DNA of 64,000 nucleotides from a virus (Duplodnaviria; Caudoviricetes): IMG/VR virus record IMGVR_UViG_3300042375_000420, positions 381 to 64,380 of that record; one strand, 5' to 3'. Shown piece by piece: positions 39,096 to 49,914 of this stretch (position 1 is its first letter; each line of letters starts with the position of its first letter). The notes under the pieces were generated by a model. It saw only the letters and a program-made list of their open reading frames with translations, ran no database searches and was not told where the DNA came from. The position numbers and the translations under genes were made by a program.

Positions 39096-39106
39096 TGAAA
39101 AAAATT

Positions 39107-41320
39107 CTATTCTTGTCTTGCTTTTTTATAATACAAGGTCATTAATTCTTCTTGAGTTTTTCCAGCTTCAGCAGGACTCATCTTTCTACCATCTTTACTT
39201 ACTACATACCAACCTTTAGAAACAGATTTACCTACAGTCAATCCTTTAGCTACAGGGACAGCAGTAAGGACAGGAGGAACTGAAGTTTTCCAATCATTAT
39301 AGACTTGAAGAGCCTTTCTACTTGGGTCATTAATATACCTTTGTAAGTCAGGTTGTTGAATGGTACTAGCATCTATTGTAGCAATAGTTGAAAAACTACC
39401 TCCTGAGACAGGAAGTGCAATAACAGTCTTACCATTAACATTTTTATCTACAACCCTAGCACTACGAGACCCAAAAGTTAAATTAGTCTTTTTACCATTT
39501 ATAATCATTCCAGCAACAGTAGTAGAAGCTTCTTCTCCTGGTTCTTCAGGATTAGTTGGGTCAGCAGAAGTTTTTGGTTGAACATACTCTAATCCAGTAG
39601 ACAAACCTAAATTTACTAAAGTTTGTGCCCCTATTTCTCCAGTAGTATCTAAAGCAGGTATAACAAAATTACCTTTATCATCTACTTTATAAGTTTTACC
39701 ATCTATATAAGTACCTGTCTTAGAATATTTTTTATCTCCTCCAGGAGGAACTAATCTTACATTAGACTTACCATCTGGAGTTGTATAGATAGCATTCATA
39801 TTTTTAGCAGTGTGTAAATTTAAAGATAAGTTACCTCCTAAATCATTTAAAGTTTTACCAATAGCTATTGTAGCTTTAGCTCCAACTCCTGCTTGAATAT
39901 TATCTGCTATGTAAGTTGAAGTGATATTCTTTTGATACCCAGGTTGCTTAGAATAAATATTGAATAACTGAGCTTTACCTGCTTCAGAGTTAGGATTTAC
40001 AGGAACTGTTTTTCTTTTTCCTCCTACTAAAACAGTTGTAAGTATTTCTCCTTTTGCATTTTTTTGTCTTCCATTAACCCATTGACCATAGTCTTTTTCA
40101 GTTTCAGCTTGAAGTTGTTGTTTAGCAAATAATTGTTTAAACTGTTCTACATATCCTTCACTATCAGGTATTCCTGCAAAAGCAGAATAATCTCCTCTAC
40201 CTATTTGAGCAGCTAGTTTAGTTCTTGCTTCTCCTCCTTGTAAGTTTAATTTATTAGCTACAGTAGTAAACAATTGATTTTTAGAAGTTACGATTTCTTT
40301 TTTAGTATTACTGTAAGTTCCATAATCATGAGTTAAGGCATGTTTATCTGTATCTTCAAAACTAAATCCAACAGGTTGTTCTACATCTCTTTGCTTAATT
40401 CCATAAGCATATTCTTGTTTACCTGCATCACTCATTAATTGAGCATCACTAGTCTTAACATTTACAATACCATATTTCTCTTTAGCATAATTCAATTCCC
40501 TAAGAAAAGCATTGTTTTTTGTATCATCAACAATAAGTTGTCCTTTCTCATCAAATAAAGGTTCTTGGTATCCTGGAACTCCTAAAGAGTTTAATTGTTG
40601 CATGGCACCCAATTGATTTGGATCTGCTGCTAAAGATGCCTTATAGGCTGATTTTAAATCTTGATCATTCCATCCTTCTGTACCTCTTTCTCCTTTAATT
40701 TCCCATAGTCCTCTATCTTGGTCCCAAGAAATACTTTTAACCTTACCTACTTTTTCTTTAAACATATCATCAATAAACACATCAGAAGGTTTTTTCTCTA
40801 GTAAAGCTTCTCCAGTAAAAGTGTTATAAGTACTAGGTCCTTTATAATCAGTTCCTTTAAATTCTGCAAGTTTTTTAGCTTTTAATAATTCCCATTGTTG
40901 AGGTGAGATTTTATTTCCAGCTTTATCAATTTGTTTTTTAGTTTCTTCTTCCCAAGTATTAAAAGCAGCAAGATTACCTTGTATCTTAGCTACCTCTCCC
41001 ATTTTCCAATCAGATGTAATCTTTCTTTTAAGGTCTTCTATCTTAGGCATATAGGTAGCAGCATTCATAGCATCTCCATAGATACCTGAACTTATGTCTC
41101 CTACTTGAGTTGTGTATCCTCCTATAATTTCTTGAAGTCTGGGATCATCTACTTTTAAACCTTTAGCTTCTAATAAAGCTGAAAGTTCATCTTTAGCTTT
41201 AGCTGCTGTCTCCACTTCTTTATCTTTCTTAGCTAAAGCTTGTCCCATTAATTCATAAGGAGCTTCATACATTTTATCATCAAGAAATGTGGCTTCTGTA
41301 CCTTTATAAAACTGTCCCAT
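39107..41320 (-). CDS. Putative ejected/internal virion protein
   Basis: 737 aa; helical N-terminus (YEAPYELMGQAL); position between cargo protein and vRNAP. Confidence 0.6.
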   Translation of the reverse strand: MGQFYKGTEATFLDDKMYEAPYELMGQALAKKDKEVETAAKAKDELSALLEAKGLKVDDPRLQEIIGGYTTQVGDISSGIYGDAMNAATYMPKIEDLKRKITSDWKMGEVAKIQGNLAAFNTWEEETKKQIDKAGNKISPQQWELLKAKKLAEFKGTDYKGPSTYNTFTGEALLEKKPSDVFIDDMFKEKVGKVKSISWDQDRGLWEIKGERGTEGWNDQDLKSAYKASLAADPNQLGAMQQLNSLGVPGYQEPLFDEKGQLIVDDTKNNAFLRELNYAKEKYGIVNVKTSDAQLMSDAGKQEYAYGIKQRDVEQPVGFSFEDTDKHALTHDYGTYSNTKKEIVTSKNQLFTTVANKLNLQGGEARTKLAAQIGRGDYSAFAGIPDSEGYVEQFKQLFAKQQLQAETEKDYGQWVNGRQKNAKGEILTTVLVGGKRKTVPVNPNSEAGKAQLFNIYSKQPGYQKNITSTYIADNIQAGVGAKATIAIGKTLNDLGGNLSLNLHTAKNMNAIYTTPDGKSNVRLVPPGGDKKYSKTGTYIDGKTYKVDDKGNFVIPALDTTGEIGAQTLVNLGLSTGLEYVQPKTSADPTNPEEPGEEASTTVAGMIINGKKTNLTFGSRSARVVDKNVNGKTVIALPVSGGSFSTIATIDASTIQQPDLQRYINDPSRKALQVYNDWKTSVPPVLTAVPVAKGLTVGKSVSKGWYVVSKDGRKMSPAEAGKTQEELMTLYYKKARQE

Positions 41321-41322
41321 GA

Positions 41323-44034
41323 TTATGTTGTTTTAGTAGATTGTGCTATAAATTTTTGGTATTCTTCCATAGATACAGATATTTTTTTTCCTGTTCTAGG
41401 GTCAGTAATTTCTATAGCTTTGTTAGTAATATCCCCTTCATCATTTCCTTGACCATAGATACCTGATTTTTTTGCAATATTCCATTTAACTTTATTTTTT
41501 TTCATGGTATTTAAGTCTTTACCAATATTCTGTATTCCTAAAGCTTGATCTTTAAGACCTAATCCTTTAGCAGTATAGTAAGCATCTTTAGCAGCTTCAT
41601 TAGCCATATTAGCTTGATACTCTCCTTGTCCTTTTAATTGATCTACACTTAGAGCAGTACTAGCTTTAGTTTTATATATGTCTGCAATTTGTCCTGCAGC
41701 TCCTGTACTAATATCCATAATATTTTGTTGTAAAGCTGTATCATATAACCAATCCATAGCTCTTGATTGATTAATACCTCTAGCAGCATTTCTACCAGAT
41801 TTTTTACCTCCTTGAGTAGTAGTAGTTGCTTTACTTATTGCTTGAGCTTTAGCATTTTCAATAGAACTCATAGCAGTATCTAATTGTTTCTGAGTTTCTT
41901 TTCCTGCATTAGCATACACATTTCTATGAGTTATGTCAGTACTTCTTTGTTCAGCAGCATTTTTAAGACCTGCAGTAGAACCAAGATAATCTCCAAAAAG
42001 ACTAGCAATATCTCCCATACCTGGAATACCTCCACTTTTATTTACAGCAGTACCTACTTTACCCAATACTCTACTAAACATGTTTCCTGGTAAATCAGTT
42101 TCAGGAGTAATACCAGTATCAACACCATTACCATATTGTTCTATAGGAGTCATTACAGTTTCTGAAGGCATCTTAAAGTTAACACCATCCTCAGCATAAG
42201 GATCTCCATAACTTAAAGAAGCATTATCATTAATTCCTTCTCCTATTTTAAAATTCTTTAAAGCATCTAAGTTAATATTAGGATTACTACCAAGGGAATC
42301 ACTTATCCCATCTCCATTAGCATCTCCTGTAACATATCCATCAGCTTTCTTGTCTTTATTGGCAGCTAACCAATCTTGACTTGCTTTATAAGTACCTGGT
42401 CCAAATACTTTACCAAAACCAGGAGTTTTACTTTCTATACCTAAATCTCCTTGAATGAAATTCATATCCATTACTCCTCCAGGATTTAGTTCATTGTACT
42501 TTGCATAAAAGTCTTTAAACATATTTGCATCATATCCTTTACCATACTTAATTCCTGCAGGGCCAGTACCATCTTCATATTTCATAGGATTTGCTTGTAG
42601 TCCTTTCATACTAGTACCAAAAGCTGCAATAACATTATCAGCCATTTGTTGCATATTATTTACTTGCTCTTGGAATTGTAAGTCAGCCATCTCTTCTTTT
42701 TGAATAGATTGCATTTTTCTTTGAGTAGCATTTTTAACAGCAGAATCAAGTAAAGGTTGTGAAGCAATTTTTTCAAGGTTAGCAATTTTTCTTTCTCTGG
42801 CTTCTTTTCTTTCAGCTAAAGTTTCTTTACCAACTTTAAGTCTATCAGAGTAAACCTTAGTTCCTTCAGGAATATCTTGTCCTACTTCCATAGGCATACC
42901 TCCTTGTTCATGACTTGGTCCTTGAAATTCTCCTGTCTCTCCTTGTGGAGTTTCATACATTTCTCCTCCTTCAACTTCTACATCTTGGTTTACATTGTTC
43001 ATTCCATTAGCAGCTGTCTTAGGAGTTTTAGTCCAAGCTTCTTTACTAAAGCCTCCTGCTCCTCCAAACTTAATAGCTTCTTGAGCAAGACCTCCTACTA
43101 AGGAAACAATAGGAACTAAAGAATTACTAGCCACTTGTTGATCTGCTTCAGCTAACATAATATTATAATCATTCAATACCTCATTAGGAGTTTGAATATA
43201 ATTATTAGGTCCAACTCCAGCAGGAGTAGTACCATTAGCATATTTTTTTCTAGGGTTCATTTTTCTTTTCATAATTCCTTGATTTCCAGTTCCGTAAACT
43301 AATTTTTGTTGCTCCCACATTTTTAATTCAGCTGAATTATTAATGGTTCTATAATCTACATTAGCCAATTTTCCAGGAGTTTCTACTTCTCCTCTTTTTG
43401 GGTCTCTGTTATAATATTGTATTGTTCTTTTAATTTTTTCTTTGTTTATTATAGAAGGCTCTTCTAAAAGTTTTTCCACTTTCTTAGAAGCTTCTTCTAC
43501 TACAGGAGTTCCTGCTTTAACTACACTAGTTATATCAGCCCCAACATTTCCAATGTCTAATAAATCTACACCTAAGTTTTTTATATCTGCCTTACCAATT
43601 TGTTTTGAAGAGGATACAACAGATTTAGTTTTAATCATAGGTTTAATATTTGCAGGATTTGTAATTTTGTTAACTTTACTTGCAACTTCTTCTACAGCAT
43701 TAATAACTTTTTTTGTATTCTTTATTGTTTTAGATGCTTTAGCTGCTTTAGCCAATCTAAAAATAGTTTTAGCTTTACCTACCATAGGCAAAGCTCCAAG
43801 AACATTTAAACCTAATTCTCCCCAAGAACCTTTTCCTTCAGATAAATCTTTAGCTGCATAATAAACATCAGGATAAGAACTAATACCTGTAGGGTCAAAC
43901 ATTTTTGCTGTTTGAACTGCTACATTATCATTTACAGATCTAACTTGATCCCAATCAATATCAGAGGTGTACTGTCCTTGAGCAGTCTTCCTCTTAGTTT
44001 TTTGAGCAGGGTTAGGTTTCTTAGGTTGTAACAT
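41323..44034 (-). CDS. Putative internal cargo/ejection protein
   Basis: 903 aa; VEVEGGE...GPSHEQGG...KVYSDRL motif typical of crAss-like cargo proteins; Ala/Gln-rich C-terminus. Confidence 0.65.
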   Translation of the reverse strand: MLQPKKPNPAQKTKRKTAQGQYTSDIDWDQVRSVNDNVAVQTAKMFDPTGISSYPDVYYAAKDLSEGKGSWGELGLNVLGALPMVGKAKTIFRLAKAAKASKTIKNTKKVINAVEEVASKVNKITNPANIKPMIKTKSVVSSSKQIGKADIKNLGVDLLDIGNVGADITSVVKAGTPVVEEASKKVEKLLEEPSIINKEKIKRTIQYYNRDPKRGEVETPGKLANVDYRTINNSAELKMWEQQKLVYGTGNQGIMKRKMNPRKKYANGTTPAGVGPNNYIQTPNEVLNDYNIMLAEADQQVASNSLVPIVSLVGGLAQEAIKFGGAGGFSKEAWTKTPKTAANGMNNVNQDVEVEGGEMYETPQGETGEFQGPSHEQGGMPMEVGQDIPEGTKVYSDRLKVGKETLAERKEARERKIANLEKIASQPLLDSAVKNATQRKMQSIQKEEMADLQFQEQVNNMQQMADNVIAAFGTSMKGLQANPMKYEDGTGPAGIKYGKGYDANMFKDFYAKYNELNPGGVMDMNFIQGDLGIESKTPGFGKVFGPGTYKASQDWLAANKDKKADGYVTGDANGDGISDSLGSNPNINLDALKNFKIGEGINDNASLSYGDPYAEDGVNFKMPSETVMTPIEQYGNGVDTGITPETDLPGNMFSRVLGKVGTAVNKSGGIPGMGDIASLFGDYLGSTAGLKNAAEQRSTDITHRNVYANAGKETQKQLDTAMSSIENAKAQAISKATTTTQGGKKSGRNAARGINQSRAMDWLYDTALQQNIMDISTGAAGQIADIYKTKASTALSVDQLKGQGEYQANMANEAAKDAYYTAKGLGLKDQALGIQNIGKDLNTMKKNKVKWNIAKKSGIYGQGNDEGDITNKAIEITDPRTGKKISVSMEEYQKFIAQSTKTT

Positions 44035-44062
44035 CTTTCTTTAGTTTATTAAAGATTAATCT

Positions 44063-47000
44063 TTATCTTTCTGATTCTGCTCTTTGCAAAGCTGAGAAGT
44101 TAAAGATTAATCTTGTATCAGCAAAGTTATCAAATATTAACCTTACTACCAAGAACTTGTCTCTAAAACTTTCAAGCTGTGTCCAGTCCTTATTATAATC
44201 AATAGCAGCAGGGTTAACTACTTTATCTATGTAATAACTACTTTGAAGAGAAGGTAAATCTTTTAAGAACATAGGAATAGTATAATCTATTCTTATATCT
44301 CTCATAGAGTTCATAGTCCAATCTCTTTCATTTCTATCTATAGTTGCTACTCCTAGAGCATTATTAGTTTGTTGCAACAAATAGTTGATGTTACTATCTT
44401 GTTTAGGTGCCAGAGTAATAATACCACTTGTCTGTTGGGTATTATAAAACAAAGCTTTGTTAAATGTAACATATCTTTGGTCTAAATATTCTTCACTGAT
44501 AGGGTCAAATTTCTTGGCTTCAGTTTGGAACAATAAACTATCCCATATCTTAGTTGTCATAGCACTTGGGTTATCTACATACTCTACAATGAAAGGGTAT
44601 CTTACACCATAGAAAGTCTGATAATGATTAGGTCTATTATGTTTAAACAAGTATCTAGAACCTTGAGTCCAAGAGTAAAACTTCTCTTGTACATGCATAT
44701 AGAAACTAGGGATATAAGGATGCCATCCTACCCACTCTTCTCTTTTTAAAGAGTAAGACATAGTGTAACCATTGTTCAAAGTCTGAGGTACAAAAACTTG
44801 TCCTGTTTCATATTGAACACTAGTTACAGGATAAGTATTAGTAATTTCTACTGGTGTTACTTCTGTTAAAGATGCTAAGATAGTATTCATATCTACAGCA
44901 AATTGACAAGGAGAAATAATAAGGGTACTAGCAGGACAGTCTGCAGAAAGAGGACTACCTAAATTACTTCTATCAGGTTTTACAAACCAATTGTATTGTT
45001 CTAATCCTGGGTCTCCATTAGGATCTAATAAAGTCTTGTAAGGATTATTCAATAGTTGAGATTTTAAAGAAGTCCATTCTGCTCCTGAAAAATAACTATT
45101 TACAGGTATGCTGTTTACTTCTGTTAGAGTATAATCAGAACCTTTAACAGCAGCCAAAGAATGAAGTATAAAAGCTTTAGAAGCTGCTACTGTAGCAATA
45201 GGATAATTAATACCTATGAATTTATCAAAAGTAGAGTAAAGTCCTCCTACTCCTGTAAAGGCATTGTAATGTGTAGTATAAATTGCAGTAGGTTGCCCTG
45301 TAAAATTTAAAGCACTATTATGATAAGGAGCTGATACTGGTCCTCCTTCTGCCTCATTAACAAAAGAAATTAACAATACTTTATTTCTATCTGCTAAAGG
45401 AATTTGACTAGGAAAGTCTAACCACTTTTCTGAAGAAGTGTTGACTTTGTATATATTTCCTGCCCAACCTGTAGGTACTAAATCATTTGCTATCCAATCA
45501 TCAAGACTTGCATCTATCTGAGCTAAATCTGAACCTGAGAAAGAACCTGAAGTATCAAAGAATGCCCAGATGTCTATATCATTTGCTACAGAAGTGTATT
45601 GATTAGCAATAGTAGTAGTTGTTTCATAAGTTGTTTTTTCAAACTTCATTTTACAATCTTCTATTCCTATGTAATTCCAACCTGCTGCAAGTCTAGTTGC
45701 AATAGTTTGTGCCATGTTAGGAAAGATAATAGTCTGTGCTCCTTCAGTACAAAGCTCATAAGAGGTTGTAGGAAGGTTAGTAATCTTCATATCTTTCTTA
45801 GTAATGATAAGTCTTTCTTTATTAGTATCATAAGTAGATAAGAACCCTACTCCTAAAGGATTAGAAGGGTTATTTCTATAAGGATAGTTTGCAGAATTAG
45901 CTGCATAGTATTGTTGCTCAACTAAGAAATCCATGTGAGTTTTAAAGTAATTACTATTACCATTATCACTAATAGGTTTCAATTGTTGACCATTAAATAA
46001 GTACCATTTCTTTTCTTTAAAAGATGGAAACAAAACTCCATGCTTAGTTTTGGTTCTTGCCCACTTATGTATATTACCTGCAGAAGAGTTTGCATCATCT
46101 ACAATCTTTCTAGGAGGTACAGAGAAGTATTCTCCTGTTCCTATAAAAGAAATAATATCATTAGTTACCCTTTCTTGAAAAGTTTGAGGACAGTGCCAAA
46201 GACCTTCTTCAGTATGAACATAAAGATTATTTTGAATTCTAAACAAGTCTGTAATTTTACCTGTCTCAGCTTCAAGGTCTTTATAATTATTAGGTAAAAA
46301 CATTCTAAAGTTATCAGTCACTTCTTCCTGGAAGGCTTGTTCTGACCAGTGGAATCTATGTGGAAAAGTTTCAACACAATCTGAACAACAGTCATACTCT
46401 AATCCTAAATGATTAAAAGCTTTTTGTCTGTTTCTTCTTGTGTAATCAGGATTCAAAGCATAGACTTCAGCAGCAGCTAAACCAATGTAAGCTCTACCAC
46501 CTTTTCTATTTGCATCTAGGTAAGTTAATTTCTTAACCATGTGAAAGTCTAAAGCTGTGGTAGGAGGGACTTCTGCAGAACCTACTGAATTTATTCCAAA
46601 GTATTCTCTATTCCATTCTGAATAAGTAGTACCTGATTCTACAAGTCCAGGAGCATTTAAAAAGTCTGGAGTATTATCAGTGGCACCATGTCTTAATCCT
46701 ATGTTAACTGCAGATTCAAACCAAAGATTTGCACAATCTCCTAACCACTGAATCTCATCATCTTGAGGGTTTTTTCTAAATCCTCTTGGTTCTCCATTTA
46801 TAGGGTCAACATCATCTTGCATATAAGAGTCTGTAATAGTCTCTCTAAGTCCTTGATTATATAAAATGTTATATGCCTTATTCCAAGCATCTTGTTGAAT
46901 ACCTGAAATTGTCAAAGTAGTTGCAACTCCCACAAGACCTACAGCTAAAGAAACTAGCCCAACTGCAGCAACAGTTCCTAATCCAAATGAAAAAATAGTT

Positions 47001-49912
47001 ACTACTACTGCCACTACTACAAGTACAAAAGCAATAATATAATTCCAAACAGAAGTTTTACCTGCTCTTTTTTTCATTCTAGTATCAAAGTAAACACTGT
47101 TTACATATCTTATAGAACTGATATAACTATCTCCATTCCAAATAGCTACAGTACCTACATTTGTAATAGGGTCAAAAGTTTCAGGATTTCTACTTTCTTT
47201 ATAGTAAGGAGTCAATCTAAAATTAGAGTAAGGTTCTACTATATCTCTGTACAAATAAACATAAGGTAAACTTGATACAGTATTAAATGTGTAGTCTTGT
47301 TTTAATTGAATAATTCCTACTCTATTATCACAAGCCAAATTAAATACATCTATACCTGTATCAGTACTATCATGAGTTAATTTATCTTCTAAAGCATTTA
47401 GATAATATAACTCTTTAATATTAGTACTATCTAAAGTGAATTGACTAGTCCCTTCAAAGTTAGTTATGTTATCTCTAGTTTTAATTTGAATAGTAAAACC
47501 ATCATCATCAGACTCTCCATCTTTATGTTTACCAGATACATATCCAGTACCATCAGATACATCTCTAATCTTAGTTCTACTTGAAATAGTTTTAATTTTA
47601 TTAAACTTACCTTGTTGAACAATTTTATTAAAAGTAGAATATTTTCTACTATTAAACTTATGTTCAGGATAAATTAATCCTACTGTATCTTTTTTAATTT
47701 TTGCAGCTTGCTCTCCAGGAGTAGCATATTGTGGAAACAAAAGTCCTTGAGCTACAAAGTTCTTCTCTTTAGTAGTTGAAGTAAGTACAGCACTATCTAC
47801 AACAGTTCTATCTGCTTCAGTTCTCTCATGTCTTACAATATAGTATCCAGTTACTTCTTGTCCATTAGTATCTGTTAAAGAAGGTTTGTGTATATTAGAA
47901 AAGTTAAGACCAAATATTTCAGAAGAATATAAAGGGTCTGAAGCATCTTGAACTCCTATACCTATAACAATCTTATAAGTCATAGTTGTTACAGTAGAAG
48001 TTCCTGTATAATAATACATACCTGTAATAGGATCTAAAGTAGGTCCTGACATGGCAACTGTATTAGGAAGAGTAGGGTAATCAAAAGTTTCTTCAATATC
48101 TGTAATCACAACTGAAGCTCCATATAAATTACCAGAATTAGCATTGTAATTAACATTTTGAGTAGTGTTATCTCCTACTGTAACTACATATAAATAAGGG
48201 TCTATAGTACTAGCTATAACTCCTGGAGTTGAATCTTCAGTATAATTTACAGTATAAACATAAGGACCAAAAGTTACTGGAGAACCAAAGTTACCTAAAG
48301 TATCTACACATCCTGAAGGAGGGTCTGTAGTAGGACATTCTGCAGGACAAATTGCACCTGTTTTACTTACAACTATGTTAAGAGTTTTTATAAAACTAAG
48401 AGCAGAACCTTCAGGAACTTTTGTTACAAAAGGAATATTATAATCTGTTCTTAAAGGAAATCTGTGATGTCTTACAGCTTGATTAGTTAAAGAATCTCCT
48501 TGAGAATCTTCCCCCCAAAAAGTATCTTCTCCACAAGTATTGTTATCAATATATCTTGTATCAGTACAAGCATTATTAACATTACTCATAGGATAAACAG
48601 AAGTCCCTGCTGAAAACATATAGTTTAAAGGAACTCCAAGACTTTTTCCTGGAATGTGAAAAGCAGGTGAAACAGAGTTATCTGCAAAAATATATACAAT
48701 AGCTAGAGAGTATATCTCTCCTGGCATATATCCTATACCATTAAAGTGAGCAGCAGGATCTTTAACATTACTCTTATCAGCAGTAGATACTATAACTGTT
48801 TTAGTAATTAAGTCTGTATTGATTTTACTTGCATACTTTTGGAGTTTACAATAGTTAACTTGCTTTCCTTCTATGTCTCCAAGAACTAATCTATTTTCTA
48901 TCTGTTCTATACTTTGAGCTTTTTCAATTATGTTATTAAACATAGTAACCTCAGCTTGAGTACCTGTGCTTTCATAATTAAGTCCTGTATAATAAAAAGT
49001 ACTATTTCTTGTGGAAATCTCAGAAGTATATTTAGTATCACTAATTAGTCCTCCTCCTGCATTAGCTTCTGTAATAGCTAATCTATAGAAAGGAAAAGTA
49101 GTATCTAAAGAGTTGGGATCAAAAACTATTTTTATAGCTTTGTTACTATTTTCAAAATTTAAGTAAGAGTCATTTTTCTCCATTGTAGCTCCTCTCTTTT
49201 CTCTGTAAGAAGAAGTAGAAGGAACATTGTAAATCATTACAGTTTCAGTACTTGTAACAAATTCAGTAGGATTAAAATCTTCATCAAGATATTGAATAGA
49301 AAAGTTGTAAGAACCAGGAGGTAAAACTCCACCAGCATCTACAACTTCTAAATCTAGAACAACAGGAATTTTTTTATAGGTTTTAAATAAATTAAACTTA
49401 GAAACATCCCAATTACCTGTAGTAGGGTTTTTGTACTCTTCTTCTTTATCCAAGATAAACATCCTAGGTTTAGGGTCTACCCAATAGACAACTCTTTCAC
49501 AACCTCTTCTTAATCTAAAGGTTGCATCAATTTGTTGAGCTACACTGAATCCCATTTTTTCTGTCTGATTCTTATCACTAAAAGAAACAACTACATTACA
49601 ATTTTTATCCACTATAATTATAGCAGAGTTTCCATTAGGATTAGCTAAAAAGATTGCACTGTTTTCATCTCCAATATACACTTTACCCATAGGTACATAC
49701 CCAGGACCTAATGTAGTATTGGCATTAAGATCATAACATTCTTGGTTAGACTCTTCATTTGCAATAAAACCTAAATCTCCTTCTTTAGTTTCATTTACTC
49801 CTGTAAACACAAATCTAGTTGTGCCTTCAGGTTGATTTACTAAAGATGAGTCTGTATTTAATCCTCCAGGAATGTTTACACTAATTCCTCCTTGTTGTTT
49901 TTCTTGGGCCAT
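44063..49912 (-). CDS. Tail muzzle/stabilisation (nozzle) protein with inserted domains
   Basis: 1949 aa; N-terminal GGLNTDSSLVNQPEG, TMSYSLKREEWVGWHPYIP, C-terminal FRDKFLVVRL; follows a ring protein. Confidence 0.7.
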   Translation of the reverse strand: MAQEKQQGGISVNIPGGLNTDSSLVNQPEGTTRFVFTGVNETKEGDLGFIANEESNQECYDLNANTTLGPGYVPMGKVYIGDENSAIFLANPNGNSAIIIVDKNCNVVVSFSDKNQTEKMGFSVAQQIDATFRLRRGCERVVYWVDPKPRMFILDKEEEYKNPTTGNWDVSKFNLFKTYKKIPVVLDLEVVDAGGVLPPGSYNFSIQYLDEDFNPTEFVTSTETVMIYNVPSTSSYREKRGATMEKNDSYLNFENSNKAIKIVFDPNSLDTTFPFYRLAITEANAGGGLISDTKYTSEISTRNSTFYYTGLNYESTGTQAEVTMFNNIIEKAQSIEQIENRLVLGDIEGKQVNYCKLQKYASKINTDLITKTVIVSTADKSNVKDPAAHFNGIGYMPGEIYSLAIVYIFADNSVSPAFHIPGKSLGVPLNYMFSAGTSVYPMSNVNNACTDTRYIDNNTCGEDTFWGEDSQGDSLTNQAVRHHRFPLRTDYNIPFVTKVPEGSALSFIKTLNIVVSKTGAICPAECPTTDPPSGCVDTLGNFGSPVTFGPYVYTVNYTEDSTPGVIASTIDPYLYVVTVGDNTTQNVNYNANSGNLYGASVVITDIEETFDYPTLPNTVAMSGPTLDPITGMYYYTGTSTVTTMTYKIVIGIGVQDASDPLYSSEIFGLNFSNIHKPSLTDTNGQEVTGYYIVRHERTEADRTVVDSAVLTSTTKEKNFVAQGLLFPQYATPGEQAAKIKKDTVGLIYPEHKFNSRKYSTFNKIVQQGKFNKIKTISSRTKIRDVSDGTGYVSGKHKDGESDDDGFTIQIKTRDNITNFEGTSQFTLDSTNIKELYYLNALEDKLTHDSTDTGIDVFNLACDNRVGIIQLKQDYTFNTVSSLPYVYLYRDIVEPYSNFRLTPYYKESRNPETFDPITNVGTVAIWNGDSYISSIRYVNSVYFDTRMKKRAGKTSVWNYIIAFVLVVVAVVVTIFSFGLGTVAAVGLVSLAVGLVGVATTLTISGIQQDAWNKAYNILYNQGLRETITDSYMQDDVDPINGEPRGFRKNPQDDEIQWLGDCANLWFESAVNIGLRHGATDNTPDFLNAPGLVESGTTYSEWNREYFGINSVGSAEVPPTTALDFHMVKKLTYLDANRKGGRAYIGLAAAEVYALNPDYTRRNRQKAFNHLGLEYDCCSDCVETFPHRFHWSEQAFQEEVTDNFRMFLPNNYKDLEAETGKITDLFRIQNNLYVHTEEGLWHCPQTFQERVTNDIISFIGTGEYFSVPPRKIVDDANSSAGNIHKWARTKTKHGVLFPSFKEKKWYLFNGQQLKPISDNGNSNYFKTHMDFLVEQQYYAANSANYPYRNNPSNPLGVGFLSTYDTNKERLIITKKDMKITNLPTTSYELCTEGAQTIIFPNMAQTIATRLAAGWNYIGIEDCKMKFEKTTYETTTTIANQYTSVANDIDIWAFFDTSGSFSGSDLAQIDASLDDWIANDLVPTGWAGNIYKVNTSSEKWLDFPSQIPLADRNKVLLISFVNEAEGGPVSAPYHNSALNFTGQPTAIYTTHYNAFTGVGGLYSTFDKFIGINYPIATVAASKAFILHSLAAVKGSDYTLTEVNSIPVNSYFSGAEWTSLKSQLLNNPYKTLLDPNGDPGLEQYNWFVKPDRSNLGSPLSADCPASTLIISPCQFAVDMNTILASLTEVTPVEITNTYPVTSVQYETGQVFVPQTLNNGYTMSYSLKREEWVGWHPYIPSFYMHVQEKFYSWTQGSRYLFKHNRPNHYQTFYGVRYPFIVEYVDNPSAMTTKIWDSLLFQTEAKKFDPISEEYLDQRYVTFNKALFYNTQQTSGIITLAPKQDSNINYLLQQTNNALGVATIDRNERDWTMNSMRDIRIDYTIPMFLKDLPSLQSSYYIDKVVNPAAIDYNKDWTQLESFRDKFLVVRLIFDNFADTRLIFNFSALQRAESER

Positions 49913-49914
49913 AA

